The position numbers and the translations under genes were made by a program. From Psychrobacter cryohalolentis K5 (GTDB lineage Bacteria; Pseudomonadota; Gammaproteobacteria; Pseudomonadales; Moraxellaceae): DNA of 32,000 nucleotides. Below the pieces are notes generated by a model. That model worked only from the letters and a program-made list of their open reading frames with translations. It made no database searches and was not told where the DNA came from. Where the stretch lies: NCBI RefSeq assembly GCF_000013905.1, contig NC_007969.1, positions 2,640,001-2,672,000 on the forward strand, written 5' to 3'. This document shows positions 30,501 through 32,000 of this stretch, piece after piece. Numbering within the stretch: position 1 is the stretch's first letter; each line of letters opens with the position of its first letter.

Positions 30501-32000
30501 TTAATGATTACCTTGATTCAACTCTTGAGCAAAGGCTTCATCGAAGCTTGCAAAGTCTGTCGCATCAGTCGTTGCTGACATATCAAACGCCGCATTTAAG
30601 TCTTTATCTTGCAGTTTTTGCTCTGCTTTTTCTTTACGAGCTTTATGATAAGCAAGACCAGTACCAGCTGGAATCAAGCGACCAACGACTACGTTTTCTT
30701 TCAGACCACGTAACTCATCCACTTTACCAGTGACCGCAGCAGCCGTTAGGACACGTGTCGTTTCCTGGAACGATGCGGCTGAGATAAAGCTTTCGGTTGC
30801 CAAACTTGCTTTGGTAATACCAAGTAATTGACGTTCAAACTGAACTGGAAATTTGTCTTCCGCTTCTAGCTTGGCATTCAATGCTTTGATATCAGCATAT
30901 TCTACTTGATCACCTTTAAAGTGGTTTGAATCGCCACCATCAGTAATCTCAACTTTACGCAACATCTGACGAATGATAACTTCGATGTGCTTGTCATTGA
31001 TTTTTACGCCCTGCAGACGATAAACGTCCTGTACTTCGTTAACGATATAGTCAGCAAGCGCAGTTTGTCCTTTCAGACGTAAGATGTCATGCGGATTCTG
31101 TGGACCATCAGCAATAACCTCACCACGAGCAACAGTTTCGTTTTCGAAGACGTTAATCTGACGCCATTTCGGGATTAGCTCTTCATGAATCTCGCCATCT
31201 TCATTAGTAATAATGAAGCGATTTTTACCTTTGGTTTCTTTACCAAAGCTAACAACACCCGTCATTTCAGCCATGATAGCGTGATCTTTTGGACGACGTG
31301 CTTCGAATAAATCAGCTACACGTGGCAGACCACCGGTAATATCTTTGGTACCTGAAGACGCTTGTGGTACACGACCTAGAATCGAACCGGCTGCAACTTT
31401 CTCACCGTCGCTAACACGAATGATAGTTTCAGCAGGTAAGAAATAAACGACTTCTTTACCTTCGTCTGTGTTCAAGATAATCGCCGGACGTAAGTCTTTT
31501 GCTGAGCTTGACCGATCTCGAGTAGCTAGAATCTCAAACGAGCTCATACCAGTCGCATCATCAACTTTTACGGTAGCAGTTAAGCCATCAGTGATTTCAC
31601 TGAAACGTGCGGTACCCGCGAATTCTGTAATAATAGGATGCGTGTGCGGATCCCACTTAGCGATGGTTTGACCGCCTTCAACTTGGTCTTCATTTTTCAC
31701 AAGAACGCTTGAACCATAAGGTACTTTATAACGCTCACGCTCACGACCAAGCTCGTCAGTCAAGGCGATTTCAGCTGAACGCGATACGATAACCAAATGA
31801 CCATCGGTATGCTGTACAGTCTTCATGTTTTCAAAATGCGCTTGACCAGCACTACGAACTGAAATGCTGTTGTCCACAGAAGCAGAACTTGCCGCTCCAC
31901 CAACGTGGAAAGTACGCATGGTCAACTGAGTACCAGGCTCACCGATAGACTGCGCCGCCATAACACCAACAGACTCGCCGATATTCACTTTATGACCACG
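30501..32000 (-). CDS. rpoC: DNA-directed RNA polymerase subunit beta-prime, C-terminal 499 codons (5' end lies outside the window)
   Basis: The reading frame is open to the window edge. The reverse complement of 31975-32000 encodes RGHKVNIGE, followed by [29 protein letters not shown], which matches the conserved E. coli RpoC trigger-loop region. Confidence 0.95.

Overview
This window looks like a mostly core chromosomal segment of a gammaproteobacterium, probably Moraxellaceae and Psychrobacter-like. That placement is inferred from moderate GC, protein motifs and gene order. I support 21 protein-coding genes, in this order: fadD (-), parC (+), an AT-rich orphan gene for a SEC-C-motif protein (+), a Cof-type HAD hydrolase (+), a small membrane protein (-), an SDR oxidoreductase (-), an orphan PotD/PotF-like polyamine-binding lipoprotein (+), a FUSC-family membrane protein (-), gltD and gltB (-), a DamX/SPOR-like membrane protein (-), aroB and aroK (-), pilQ-pilP-pilO-pilN-pilM (-), divergent ponA/mrcA for PBP1a (+), a 174-aa hypothetical (-), and the 3' 1.5 kb of rpoC (-, runs off the window). 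The block ponA | pilMNOPQ-aroK-aroB-SPOR gene-gltB-gltD has the same order known from Pseudomonas aeruginosa, so most of the window is ordinary housekeeping DNA. Several clean rho-independent terminators are visible. I saw no rRNA, tRNA, CRISPR array, IS element, integrase or recognisable multi-gene defence or toxin-antitoxin cassette. The best candidate for something new is the roughly 1.4 kb AT-rich single-gene insertion between parC and the HAD hydrolase (4914-6316). Its 372-aa product has a SEC-C zinc knuckle at the extreme N-terminus and a Cys/His-rich domain I cannot assign. Secondary curiosities are two unusually long ORF-free intergenic regions (1893-2597 and 17260-18005), repeat and palindrome architecture in several promoter or intercistronic regions, an atypically organised SPOR-like protein, and an orphan substrate-binding protein. 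All functional calls rest on motif recognition by eye, and no database search was run.
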